Assembly (NCBI GenBank): GCA_963716025.1
Contig: CAVQSY010000071.1
Span: 16,643 to 80,642, forward strand
DNA: 64,000 nt
Direction: 5' to 3'
DNA from: an uncultured Chloroflexia bacterium
GTDB taxonomy: Bacteria; Chloroflexota; Limnocylindria; Limnocylindrales; CSP1-4
How positions within the stretch are numbered: the stretch's first letter is position 1; the number at the start of each line of letters is the position of its first letter. Below are positions 27,696 through 37,583 of the stretch, piece after piece. The position numbers and the translations under genes are program-made. The notes below the pieces were generated by a model. The model made no database searches. It was not told the origin of the DNA and was given only the letters and a program-made list of their open reading frames with translations.

Positions 27696-30600
27696 ATGGC
27701 CGGCGAGGACGGCGCGGACGGGTCGGACACCGCCTCGCTGCTCGATGCCTCGGTCTCGGACGGCCTGGACAGTGCCCTGGCCTACGTGGACGGCCTCGGC
27801 GTGGCGTTCCCGGACGTGGCCGCCGGCACCCAGATGCGCGAGCTCAAGGCAGGCCTGGCGCACGCGCAGGACATCGTCGAGCGCGCGCGCACCAATGCAG
27901 TCCTGTCGACGCAGCTGCGGACGCTCGCCTCGTCGATCACCTCGCCGTCGGCCGCCGCCGGCGGACTGGACGGGGCGGGCGGCTCCTCCGACGCGATGAT
28001 GACCGACTACCTCGCCGAGCTGGCCGGCGCCTTCCCGGAGGTCCGCGCCCTCGACCCCTGGAAGGACGGCGTCGCGGCGGCCCGTTCGCTCGAGAAAGAC
28101 GCGTCGATCAGCGCTGCGCTCGATCTCGCCGGCGCGTTCAATGCGCTCGCGGACCACTTCGACGGACGCCCCGATGCCACGCTGTCCCCCGAGAGCCTCG
28201 CCGACACCCCGAGCGCCAGGGAGATCAGGCGGGAGGCCCAGGACACGTTCGATGCCCTGCCGGGCCAGTCGAGGGCCCTCGGCGCGGTCTTCGCGACGCG
28301 GCCGGACGACATCTGGATCCCCACCACGCTGGCCGGCACGGACGCGGACGACCTGCGCGAGGCGATCGACGCGTTCGTGTCCGCCGGCCAGTCCGCGACC
28401 CGCTTCTACGTCACCAGCTCCAATGATCCGTACTCGGGCGGTGCGTTCGCCATCGTGCGTGGCGCCCAGGAGGTGCTGGCCGCCGGCGCCCCGGCGTTCG
28501 GCCCGTCGGCATCTGCGACGCTCGGCGGTCCCACCGCGCAGTTCGCCGACGTGCAGGACACGCTCGCGGCGGACTTCGGCCGGGTCGGCATCATCACGGT
28601 CGTCGGCATCCTGATGGTGCTGGTGCTCCTGCTGCGCTCCGTGGTTGCGCCGCTCTACCTCGTGGGGACGGTCCGCGTCTCCTACGGCTCCGCCGTCGGC
28701 CTCTGCATTCCTGTTCCAGGATGTCCTGGGGCACCCGGGCATCTCGTTCTACCTGCCGCTGATGGTCTTCGTGCTCCTGGTGGCGCTCGGGTCCGACTAC
28801 AACATCTTCCTGATGAGCCGCGTCCGCGAGGAGAGCGAGCACCGGCCGATCAGGGACGGCATCCGGATCGCCTCGGGCCACACCGGCGCCGTCATCACCT
28901 CGGCCGGCCTGATCCTCGCGGGCACCTTCGGCTCCATGGCGACGGCGCCGCTCATCGTCCTGTTCCAGGTTGGCGTCGCGGTGGCGATCGGCGTGCTCAT
29001 CGACACGTTCATCATCCGCTCGATCCTCGTGCCCGCGATCACGACGCTGGCGGGCGACCGGGCGTGGTGGCCGTCGGGCTCCGCCGGTGTCGGAATGCTC
29101 GGGCGGGTTCCGCTCGTGCCCGCAGGCGCTGGAGCGCTGCTGGCGAGCACGGCCGGGGGCGCCAGGGCAGGCGTGTCGCGCAGGCGGCTCGTCGTGGCGC
29201 TGGCCCTGGTGGCGCTCGTGCCGCTCACCGTGGCCGGACTCCTCACGTGGTCGGTCGGCGCCTCGCCGGCCAACCTCGGGGCCGTGCGGGCTGCCGTGGT
29301 GAACCTCGACCAGGGCGGGACCGTGCCAACGCCTGACGGCGCAGTGGAGACGCTCTCCCTGGGCGCCGACCTGTCGGCGGCGCTGGCGGGCGGCATCGAC
29401 GACGGGGGCTTCACGTGGGTGGAAGCCGATGCCGCCGGCGCGAAGCTCGCGCTGGATGACGGGCGCTACGCGGCCGTGCTGACGATCCCGGCGGACTTCT
29501 CGCGGACCGTGGCTGCCATCCGTGCCGACGCGACCGGCACCGCGCCGCGGGCCACCCTGCGCCTGGTCACGAACGACACCGCGGGATACGCCCTCGGCAC
29601 CGTCGCGCGGGACGTCGCACGCGCGATCGGGACCGCGACCGGGGACGAGGTCACGGCCTCCTATGTCGACGGCGTGCTGCTTGCGGTGACGCGGGCCCAC
29701 GACACCCTTGCCACGGCTGCGGACGACGTGGGCTCGGTCGCCACCTCCACCACGAAGCTTGCCGACGACGCGGCCGGAGCCGAGACGTTCGCCGGGCAGC
29801 TCGTCGGCGGCCTGCAGGAGTTCATCGACCAGGCCGAGGACGCGGCGAGCGGGACGGACGAGCTGGTGAGCAGCACCCGCGCGCTCGCCGACGGGTCGGT
29901 GGAGCTCAAGGCGGGCGCCCGCCAGCTCGCTCGCGGAGTCGGCGCCTCTGCCGATGGGGCGGCGGCGCTGGCCGACGGGGCGTTGGATCTCGCGGATGGG
30001 CTGGGAGCCCTCGACCGGCAGGTCGCCGCGCTCCCGTCCCAGGGGGAGTCGCTCGCCTCCGCTGCCGACTGGGTCGCAGCCGGAGCCGCGGACGTTGCCG
30101 ACGGGGCGACCCGGCTTGCCGATGGCCTGGCCAGCGTGCAGGCGCAGACGACGGGGCTCGGCGCCCAGGGCCAGGCCCTCGCCGACGGGGCGGCCGCGCT
30201 GCGCGGGGGGGCGGTCGCGCTCTCGGATGGCGCGCACCAGGCGGACGCCGGTGCGTCGAGCCTCGCCGTGGGCGCCGGGCAGCTCGCGACCGGCGTCGCC
30301 GACTACGCGGGCGCCGTCGGGGCGCTCGCTGCCGGCTGTGCCGGGCTGGGGGGCTCGCCCGCCATCTGCGCCGCCCTCGACGACCTCGCCAGCCAGGGGA
30401 GCCTGCTCGTGGCCGGCGCCAACGACACGGCCTCGGGGGCGGCCGACCTCGGCGCGGCGATCGCCGGGATCGCCGCGGGCGCCACGGACCTCCGCGCCGG
30501 CGCCACCGACCTGCGAGACGGCACCGCGCTGCTCGCCGCCGGGCTGAGCCCGCTCGAGGCGGGGATCGCAGACTCGGCTGCCGGGGCCGCGGATCTCGCC

Positions 30601-31692
30601 GTCGGCGCGAGCCGGCTCAGCGATGGGACGGACCAGCTCGCTGCCGGCACACGTGCGCTCGCGGACGGCATGCCCGCGCTCGCCCGCGGAGTGGCCAGGT
30701 TGGCGGACGGCGGCGCGGGGGTGTCGACAGGAGCAGCGCTCCTCGCATCGGGCCTGGGCGACCTGGCCGACGGCGCCTACGCGCTCGCGGGGGGCGCGAA
30801 GCTGTCTGCGCAGGGCGCCCGGGCGCTGGCTGCGGGAACCGCCGACGCGGTTGCCGGCCTGGGCGACCTCACCGGGTCGATGCAGGCGGCCGCCGACGCG
30901 GGCTCGCTCGTGGAGGTGCAGGCACGGGGACTGGCCGCCCAGGGCACCGCGCTCGCGGACGAGGCCGACGGACTCGCGTCACGGCTCCGGACCTCGGCCG
31001 ACGGCACCGCGACGTACTCGGACGAGGCGCGCACGCGGGTCGGGCTCCTGGCCGCGAACCCGGTCGGCGTGGAGGCGACCCGCGTCAACCCGGTCGGTGG
31101 TCCCGAGAGCGGCCTCGCACCGTTCCTCATGGCGCTTGCGACCTGGCTCGGGGCCCTTGCGGCGTTCCTCGTCCTGCCGGGCCTGTGGGGCAGCGAAGGC
31201 CGGCGCTGGTGGCGCTCAGTGCTCGTCGCGTACGGCGCGGCGGGGGCCGTGGCGGTCGTGGGCGGGCTGCTCATGGTGGTCGGCATGCGGTTCCTGCTGG
31301 GCGTGGAGCCGGCCGAGCCCGGGAGCCTGGTCGCGTTCGCCCTGCTCGCGACGCTGGCGTTCACGGCGCTGATCCAGGCGCTGGTCGCGATCATCGGCAG
31401 CCGCGGCGTGCTCGTGGGGCTCCTGCTCCTCGTGGTCCAGGTGGCGGCAGCCGGGATCCCCCTCGGCGCGTCCGCCGTGCCCGGGCCGCTCGCCGCGCTG
31501 CAGCCGTTCCTCCCCCTGACGTACGCCGCCGACGCCTTCATGGGCGCGATCGCCGGCGGGGGGTCGTCGGCGGCCGTGGACGCCGTGGCGCTCGGGGCGT
31601 TCCTCCTCGCCGGCGCGCTCGCCACGCTCGGGTATGCCGCGCGCGCGGGGCGCGGCGCGCGACCGGGCGAAGCGGTGACGGAGGCCGCCTGA
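27696..31692 (+). CDS. MMPL C-terminal half fused to a YhgE/Pip-like domain (frameshift near 28703)
   Basis: LLLRSVVAPLYL, VALGSDYNIFLMSRVREE, TGAVITSAGLILAGTF, IDTFIIRSILVPA; then in frame AAVVNLDQG, GRYAAVLTIPADFS, long A-x-x-L-A-D-G heptad repeats, GLAPFLMALATWLG and PFLPLTYA. Confidence 0.75.
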
Positions 31693-31843
31693 CGGCCGGG
31701 CGCGGGGCGCGACGGCCGGGAGAGCCCCCGTCCGACGATAATGGGTCGCCGCGACCGGCGGGCCGCGTCGACGACGATCCGTGTCCTCGAGCGGGCGCAG
31801 GCCCGCGCGTCCGACCAGCCGGCTACGACAGCGCGGAGGCCTC

Positions 31844-34624
31844 ATGACCCAGCCGACGAGCCTCGAGGTGGTGGTGAACGGCGCCGCGCGTCGGCTGGAC
31901 GCCCCGACCGGGTGGCGGCTGCTGGACCTCCTCCGGGAGGGCCTCGGCCTCACGGGGACGAAGGAGGGATGCGACGACGGCACGTGCGGCACGTGCAGCG
32001 TCATGGTCGACGGGAGGCTGGTGCGCGCCTGCCGGATGGCCGCCGGCGAGGCTGCCGGGCGGGAGGTTCGGACCATCGAGGGGCTCGGGAGCCCCGCGAG
32101 CCCTCACCCGCTGCAGGTGGCGTTCGCGGCCGCGGACGCGGTCCAGTGCGGGTTCTGCACGCCCGGGATGATCATGGCGGCCGCGGCGCTGTGCGAGCGC
32201 AACCCCAGGCCCAGTCGGGACGAGATCTCCCGCTGGCTGGGCAGCAACCTCTGCCGCTGCACGGGATACCAGGGGATCGTTGACGCGATCGAGTGGGTGG
32301 TGGACGGGCAGCAGGGGCCCCCGCGCCGCTGGCCGCCCGCGCCTGGTCACGGCGACGTCGTGCCCCCCAGGGCGCACGCAGTGGTGCGCCCGGACGCGCT
32401 CGAGAAGGCGACCGGCCGCGCGCTCTACGCGGCCGACCTCGCGACGGACGGGATGCTGCACGCCCGGGCCCTGCGGAGCCCCCACGCCCACGCAGAGATC
32501 GTGCGGATCGCCACCGGGCGCGCGTGCCGTCTCCCGGGCGTCGAGGCGGTCCTGACCGCCGCCGACGTCCCCGGCGAGAACACGTACGGGCGCAAGCTCA
32601 AAGATCAGCCCGTGCTGGCCGAGAAGGTGGTTCGCCAGGTCGGCGACCCGGTCGCCCTCGTCGTGGCGACCTCGCCCGAGGTGGCAGCCGCGGCGCTCTC
32701 GGCGATCGAGGTGGAGTACCGCCTCCTCCCGGCCGTCTTCACGCCCGAGGATGCCCTCGCCGACGATGCGCCGCGCATCCATCCCGGTGGCAACCTGCTG
32801 GCGGAGAACTGGCTGCGGTCGGGCGACGTCGCGGAGGCGTTCGCCCGCGCCGACGTGGTGGTCGAGGAGACGTACGCGACCCCGTGGAACGAGCACGCCT
32901 ACCTGGAGCCCGAGGCAGCGCTGGCCTACCGGGACGGCGAGACGCTGGTCGTGCGGACCGCGACGCAGTACTCCCACTATCACCGGGCCGAGGTCGCGCG
33001 GACGCTGGGCCTGCCGGCCGAGCGGGTCCGGGTGGTTCCCACGGTCGTCGGGGGTGCCTTCGGCGGGAAGACGGACATCTCATGCCAGTGCCTGGCGGCG
33101 CTCGCGGCGCACCGGACGGGCCGGCCGGTCCGGATCGTGTACAGCCGGGCCGAGTCGTTCGAGTCGACGACGAAGCGGCACCCGTACCGGATCCGGTGCC
33201 GGAGCGGCGCGACGCGCGACGGCGACCTCATGGCGCTGCAGGTCGACATTGTTGCCGACACCGGCGCGTACGCCTCGTTCGGGCCCGGGCTCATGGTCAA
33301 GACGTTCGCCTCCGCAGGCGGCCCGTACCGCTGGCCGCACCTCGAGCTCCACGGGCGGGTCGTCTTCACGAACAACCCGACGGCCGGCTGCATGCGCGGC
33401 CCGGGCACCACGCAGGTTGCCTTCGCGGTCGAGTCGCAGATGGACCTGCTGGCGGCCCGGCTCGGCATGGATCCCCTCGAGCTCCGGATGCGGAACCGCC
33501 TCCGGCAGGGCGACCGGCTCCTGTCCGGCGAGGTCCTGGATCGCGACCCGGCCTACCGGGCGACGCTCGAGGCCATCCAGCCGCACTGGCTCGAGGCGCT
33601 GGAACGATGCGCGGCGCCCGAAGCTCGGTCGGGCCCACGACGGCGAGGGGTGGGGCTCGCGTCGATCTGGTACGGCATCGGAGGCGGGGGAGGGGGACCC
33701 ACGCCGGGCCAGGACCCCGCCCTGACGGTCGGCCGGGGACCGGGGCGGGCTGCCGTGGATCTCCGCCCCGACGGGTCCATCACGCTGCGCACCGGGGCGA
33801 TGGACCTCGGCCAGGGGACCGCGACCGCCATGGGCCTGATCGCCGCCGAGGAGCTCGGCGTGCCATTCGAGCGCATCCTGGTCCAGACCGGCGACACCGG
33901 CCTCTGCCCCGATGCCGGCCCCGCGGTGGGCAGCCGGGTGACGTTCTTCGTCGGCAACGCCGTGAGGAACGCGGCGGCCGACCTCCGGGAGGCGATCCTG
34001 GGAACGGCCGGAGGCCTCCTGGCCCGGCCGGTCGGCGAGCTCGAGCTCGGTGACGGGGAGGTCCGGGTCCGCGGGGAGCCGCACGATGGGGTCTCGCTGG
34101 CCGAGATCGCCCGAATCCGGGCCGCCGGACGCCTGTCCACGACGTTCGACGGATCCTTCGACGCGAGCGTCCCGGCCTACACCGTGGGCACCGAGCGGGG
34201 CGAGCCCTACGCGATGTACGTCAGCGGCACGCAGCTGGCGGAAGTGGAGGTCGACACGTCGACCGGGGCGGTGAGAGTCCTGCGCGTCGTCGCCGCCCAC
34301 GACGTCGGGAAGCCGGTCTTCGTCGAGGGCGTGGTAGGCCAGATCGAGGGCGGCATCGCGATGGGAGTGGGCTTCGCCCTCCACGAGGAATTCGTCCCGG
34401 GCGAGACCCGCGGGTTCAAGGCATACCGGATCCCCCGCACCAGGGATGTCCCGGTGATGGTCACCCTCCTCGTTGGCGGAGGCGACGACCCGCCGGAGCT
34501 GGAGGCGAAGGGCGTCGCGGAGTGCTCCAACATGGTCGCGGCCCCGGCCATCGCGAACGCCATCGCGCACGCGACGGGGGAGCGGGTCGTTCGGCTCCCG
34601 GTGCGGCTGCAGGGTCGCGCCTGA
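31844..34624 (+). CDS. Xanthine oxidase family molybdoenzyme, fused 2x[2Fe-2S] + molybdopterin subunit (aldehyde oxidoreductase-like)
   Basis: LTGTKEGCDDGTCGTC, QCGFCTPG, NLCRCTGY, EKATGRALYAADL, EHAYLEPE, GGAFGGK, MRGPG, DLGQG, GQIEGG, AKGVAE. SD CGGAGG. Confidence 0.92.
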   Translation: MTQPTSLEVVVNGAARRLDAPTGWRLLDLLREGLGLTGTKEGCDDGTCGTCSVMVDGRLVRACRMAAGEAAGREVRTIEGLGSPASPHPLQVAFAAADAVQCGFCTPGMIMAAAALCERNPRPSRDEISRWLGSNLCRCTGYQGIVDAIEWVVDGQQGPPRRWPPAPGHGDVVPPRAHAVVRPDALEKATGRALYAADLATDGMLHARALRSPHAHAEIVRIATGRACRLPGVEAVLTAADVPGENTYGRKLKDQPVLAEKVVRQVGDPVALVVATSPEVAAAALSAIEVEYRLLPAVFTPEDALADDAPRIHPGGNLLAENWLRSGDVAEAFARADVVVEETYATPWNEHAYLEPEAALAYRDGETLVVRTATQYSHYHRAEVARTLGLPAERVRVVPTVVGGAFGGKTDISCQCLAALAAHRTGRPVRIVYSRAESFESTTKRHPYRIRCRSGATRDGDLMALQVDIVADTGAYASFGPGLMVKTFASAGGPYRWPHLELHGRVVFTNNPTAGCMRGPGTTQVAFAVESQMDLLAARLGMDPLELRMRNRLRQGDRLLSGEVLDRDPAYRATLEAIQPHWLEALERCAAPEARSGPRRRGVGLASIWYGIGGGGGGPTPGQDPALTVGRGPGRAAVDLRPDGSITLRTGAMDLGQGTATAMGLIAAEELGVPFERILVQTGDTGLCPDAGPAVGSRVTFFVGNAVRNAAADLREAILGTAGGLLARPVGELELGDGEVRVRGEPHDGVSLAEIARIRAAGRLSTTFDGSFDASVPAYTVGTERGEPYAMYVSGTQLAEVEVDTSTGAVRVLRVVAAHDVGKPVFVEGVVGQIEGGIAMGVGFALHEEFVPGETRGFKAYRIPRTRDVPVMVTLLVGGGDDPPELEAKGVAECSNMVAAPAIANAIAHATGERVVRLPVRLQGRA

Positions 34625-34651
34625 GGCGCCCCGGGCCGCGGTGACGTGCGG

Positions 34652-35341
34652 TCAGCCGGCCAGCGACGCCGGCGGCGTCCGGATCTCGAAGGCACGCGGC
34701 TCCGGCTGATCGGGCAGGCCGCCGTACAGGAGACCGGCCACCTGGACTGCGACCGCGTCGGCGCCCGGGTGGGCCTCCACGTCGAGGGAGATGGCGCCGA
34801 CGACGCCGGGCGCGATCACCGCGCGACGGCGCAGGCCGCCGAGCCCGACTGCCTCGCCGGTGACGAACCCGACCTCCAGGGGCGGCAGCTCCCGCCAGGC
34901 CACCTCGCGGCCGTCCCGTGCGAAGTGGAGGGCGGACCCGCCCGCGCTGAGCTCGAGCTGCACCGGCTCCGTTCCGCCCCCGGTCACCACGAGCGCGACA
35001 CGAACGCGGTCCGCGCCGCTCGCACCGATGGGCCGCACGGCAAACGTGGCGGTCGCGAGCGGTCGCTCCCGCGCCGCCGCCGCGACGCGCTCGGCGGACT
35101 CGACAAGCCGGGTGGCGTCTGCGCCGGCGGGTGCCAGGAGGTCGATGTCCAGGGTCCCGCGGTCCCCGAGGGCCCGCGCGTCGGAGGCATCCACGGCCGC
35201 CGCGAAGGCCCCGACGGTCGCGCCACCGTCGCGGGGTCTTGCCACGAGGAGCCGAGCTCTTCCGTCGGCAAAGATGGCCAGCTCCTCGTCTACGGACGTG
35301 GGAGCCGGGGTGTGCCAGCGAACCGTGGCGATGCGCTCCAT
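34652..35341 (-). CDS. Hypothetical protein, translationally coupled to the upstream metalloprotease-like gene
   Basis: ATG directly abuts the TAG of the upstream gene; typical codon bias; converges on the molybdoenzyme gene. Confidence 0.7.
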   Translation of the reverse strand: MERIATVRWHTPAPTSVDEELAIFADGRARLLVARPRDGGATVGAFAAAVDASDARALGDRGTLDIDLLAPAGADATRLVESAERVAAAARERPLATATFAVRPIGASGADRVRVALVVTGGGTEPVQLELSAGGSALHFARDGREVAWRELPPLEVGFVTGEAVGLGGLRRRAVIAPGVVGAISLDVEAHPGADAVAVQVAGLLYGGLPDQPEPRAFEIRTPPASLAG

Positions 35342-37462
35342 CTAGCGCACCCGCGCCGTGAACACGCGCTCGAAGGTCGTCCGCAGCCGGTCGTTGAACG
35401 CCTGCACGAGGGACGCGAACTGGTCGGCGCGGAGGGCCGTGGTCCGGTTCGATCCCATGAGCCCCTGGTAGCTGTACGTCACGTCCTGATCGGGCGCGGT
35501 GCCGCCGGCGGCACCGAGTGGATCCCGGCCGGTCCCCCGGGTCGCCGCCTTGGCGGTGTCGAGGCGGCTCTTCATGGCATTGACGACGGCGGCCATGTTG
35601 GGGTCGGCCGGAGCTGCGGCCAGAGCGGAGGGTGACGCCGACGTCACGCGTCCGACCTCCGTGGCGATGGAGCCCTGGAGCGCCGTGACGCTCGACGTGA
35701 GGGTCGGGGTGATCGTGGACGTCACGAGGTCCGTGGCGACCTGCGTGGACGCCTCCCGTGCTGCGTTCCCGACGAGGTCGCGCGCCAGGACGTACAGGGC
35801 CCTGGTCGACGCCGCGCGGTCCGGCGTGGCGCCGGGCGGCAGCGCCGCGGCGGCCGCCGCCCGGGCGGCCCCGGCCCCTTCGAGCGATGCTGCCATCTTC
35901 GCCGCGAACGTCGCCGGCGTGACGGCGCTCTCCAGGGTCGAGCCGGCCGCGTCCCACGTCGCCGGCAGGCCGGCGAGCTGGTCGGCCAGGGTGGCCGATG
36001 GGGCGACGGCGGGGAGGCCCGGCGCCGCGCCCGTGCCGACCGCGGAGGTCGCGACGGCCGCCGCGTTCCCGGCCGTCGGCGTCCCGGCCCCCGACGCCCC
36101 GTAGACCGAGCTGTGTACGTTGATCCCCACGTCGCCCAGGCCCCGCACCGCGACCGTGGGGTCCTGGGCCCCAAGGAGGGCGCTCCAGTACGCGTCGCCG
36201 ATCCGGTCGCTCAGCGCCCGAGCGGAGAACCCGGCCTCGACCCCGGCGGACGCCAGCGTCCGGTTGCTGAAGTTGGAGGTCGTCTGGAACGCGACCACTG
36301 CGGGGATCCTCGGCGCGAGCGCCCCCGCGCTTCCGGCCTCGAGCACGAGCCGCAGCGCATCGCGCACCGCGCCCGACGCGGCACCTCCGCGGGCCGCGAT
36401 CGCCATCGCGGCCTTGACCTGCGGGCGCTTCGCCCGGATTGCGTTCGTGACCTGGGGCATGGCCGCGCCAAGCTGCGCCGAGAGCGGCCGCGAGAGGGCG
36501 GCCAGCGTCATTCGCTCGATCGTCGCCCGGTCGAGCGCCGCCATCGCGCTCGCGGCATTGCCGGGCGCCGCCTCGTGGAGCAGCGCGTTCATCTGCTCGT
36601 TGCTCTGCGAGTACTCGTCGGCGATGCCCAGGAGGTGGCCGTATTCGTGGGCGTAGATGATCGCGTCGTTGGCCGGGTAGACCTCGTCGTTCTTGCGCTG
36701 GTACCAGTTGCCCGCGTCGATCGGGTGGCCGGTCGATCCGCCGACGGCCGCCGGCGGATGGACGATGACGGTGGCATGAGCTTCGTCGTCTGCGCCGAAC
36801 CGCGGCTCTGCAACGAAGGTGACGGGCAGCCGCTTGCTCGTGTTCGGGGAGAAGGCGTTCCATTCCTCTCCCACGAGGGTCAGCCTGCCGTTCCAGCTCG
36901 TGACGGCGGTGCCGGCCATGCCCGTGGCCCAGCCACGCCGCTCGTCGCCCGCGGGGATCTCGGTCGGCGACCCGATCAGCTGGCCCAGGCGGGGCGTTCC
37001 CGCGGGGGCACCCGGCGGCGGAGGGACCGTGTTGCGGGCCTGGCTCAGGAACTTGATCTTCACGGTCGCCGTGACGCCGGTGTCGCCGTTACGGGTGAGA
37101 TCGTATGTCCGCGTCGAGCCGCCGTAGTGGGCTGCCCCGGCCGTGCCCCCGGCCCCCGCCTGGTTGTAGAGGGTCTCGCCGGTGGCGACGTTGACGGGCA
37201 CCCGCTGGAGCATGTCCCGCACGGCGGCCGACACGGCCCGGTTCCCGGCCTTCCGCTGGAGGTCGAGGAGGTCGTCCGGCCGAAGCACCGCGGGATCGGC
37301 GACGCTGCCGTCGGGAACGAGAATCTGGGCACTCTCGGGTGTTGCCACGGGCGCCGCGCCAACGACGCCGGGGCCCGCGCCGGAGGTGCCCCGCCCCCGG
37401 GCACCCTGTGCAGAGCCTGGCGTCCGTGAGCGTGCAGCGACGCGAGCGCGACCTTCGCCCAT
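35342..37462 (-). CDS. Hypothetical protein with LQRxAGNxAV motif and HExxH zinc-metalloprotease motif
   Basis: LLDLQRKAGNRAV...LQR, YAHEYGHLLGIADEY, C-terminal YQGLMGS. ATG 37462 lies 6 nt after TGgTACGGT. Confidence 0.75.
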   Translation of the reverse strand: MGEGRARVAARSRTPGSAQGARGRGTSGAGPGVVGAAPVATPESAQILVPDGSVADPAVLRPDDLLDLQRKAGNRAVSAAVRDMLQRVPVNVATGETLYNQAGAGGTAGAAHYGGSTRTYDLTRNGDTGVTATVKIKFLSQARNTVPPPPGAPAGTPRLGQLIGSPTEIPAGDERRGWATGMAGTAVTSWNGRLTLVGEEWNAFSPNTSKRLPVTFVAEPRFGADDEAHATVIVHPPAAVGGSTGHPIDAGNWYQRKNDEVYPANDAIIYAHEYGHLLGIADEYSQSNEQMNALLHEAAPGNAASAMAALDRATIERMTLAALSRPLSAQLGAAMPQVTNAIRAKRPQVKAAMAIAARGGAASGAVRDALRLVLEAGSAGALAPRIPAVVAFQTTSNFSNRTLASAGVEAGFSARALSDRIGDAYWSALLGAQDPTVAVRGLGDVGINVHSSVYGASGAGTPTAGNAAAVATSAVGTGAAPGLPAVAPSATLADQLAGLPATWDAAGSTLESAVTPATFAAKMAASLEGAGAARAAAAAALPPGATPDRAASTRALYVLARDLVGNAAREASTQVATDLVTSTITPTLTSSVTALQGSIATEVGRVTSASPSALAAAPADPNMAAVVNAMKSRLDTAKAATRGTGRDPLGAAGGTAPDQDVTYSYQGLMGSNRTTALRADQFASLVQAFNDRLRTTFERVFTARVR

Positions 37463-37583
37463 GCATCGACCGTACCAGATGCTGCTGCAGACACGGATTC
37501 CCCTTTGGGCAGATCCGTCGCCCCATCGGGGCGCCTCGACGTCCCCCGACGAGGGTTGCGACGGGCATCCGACCCCGGCGGAG

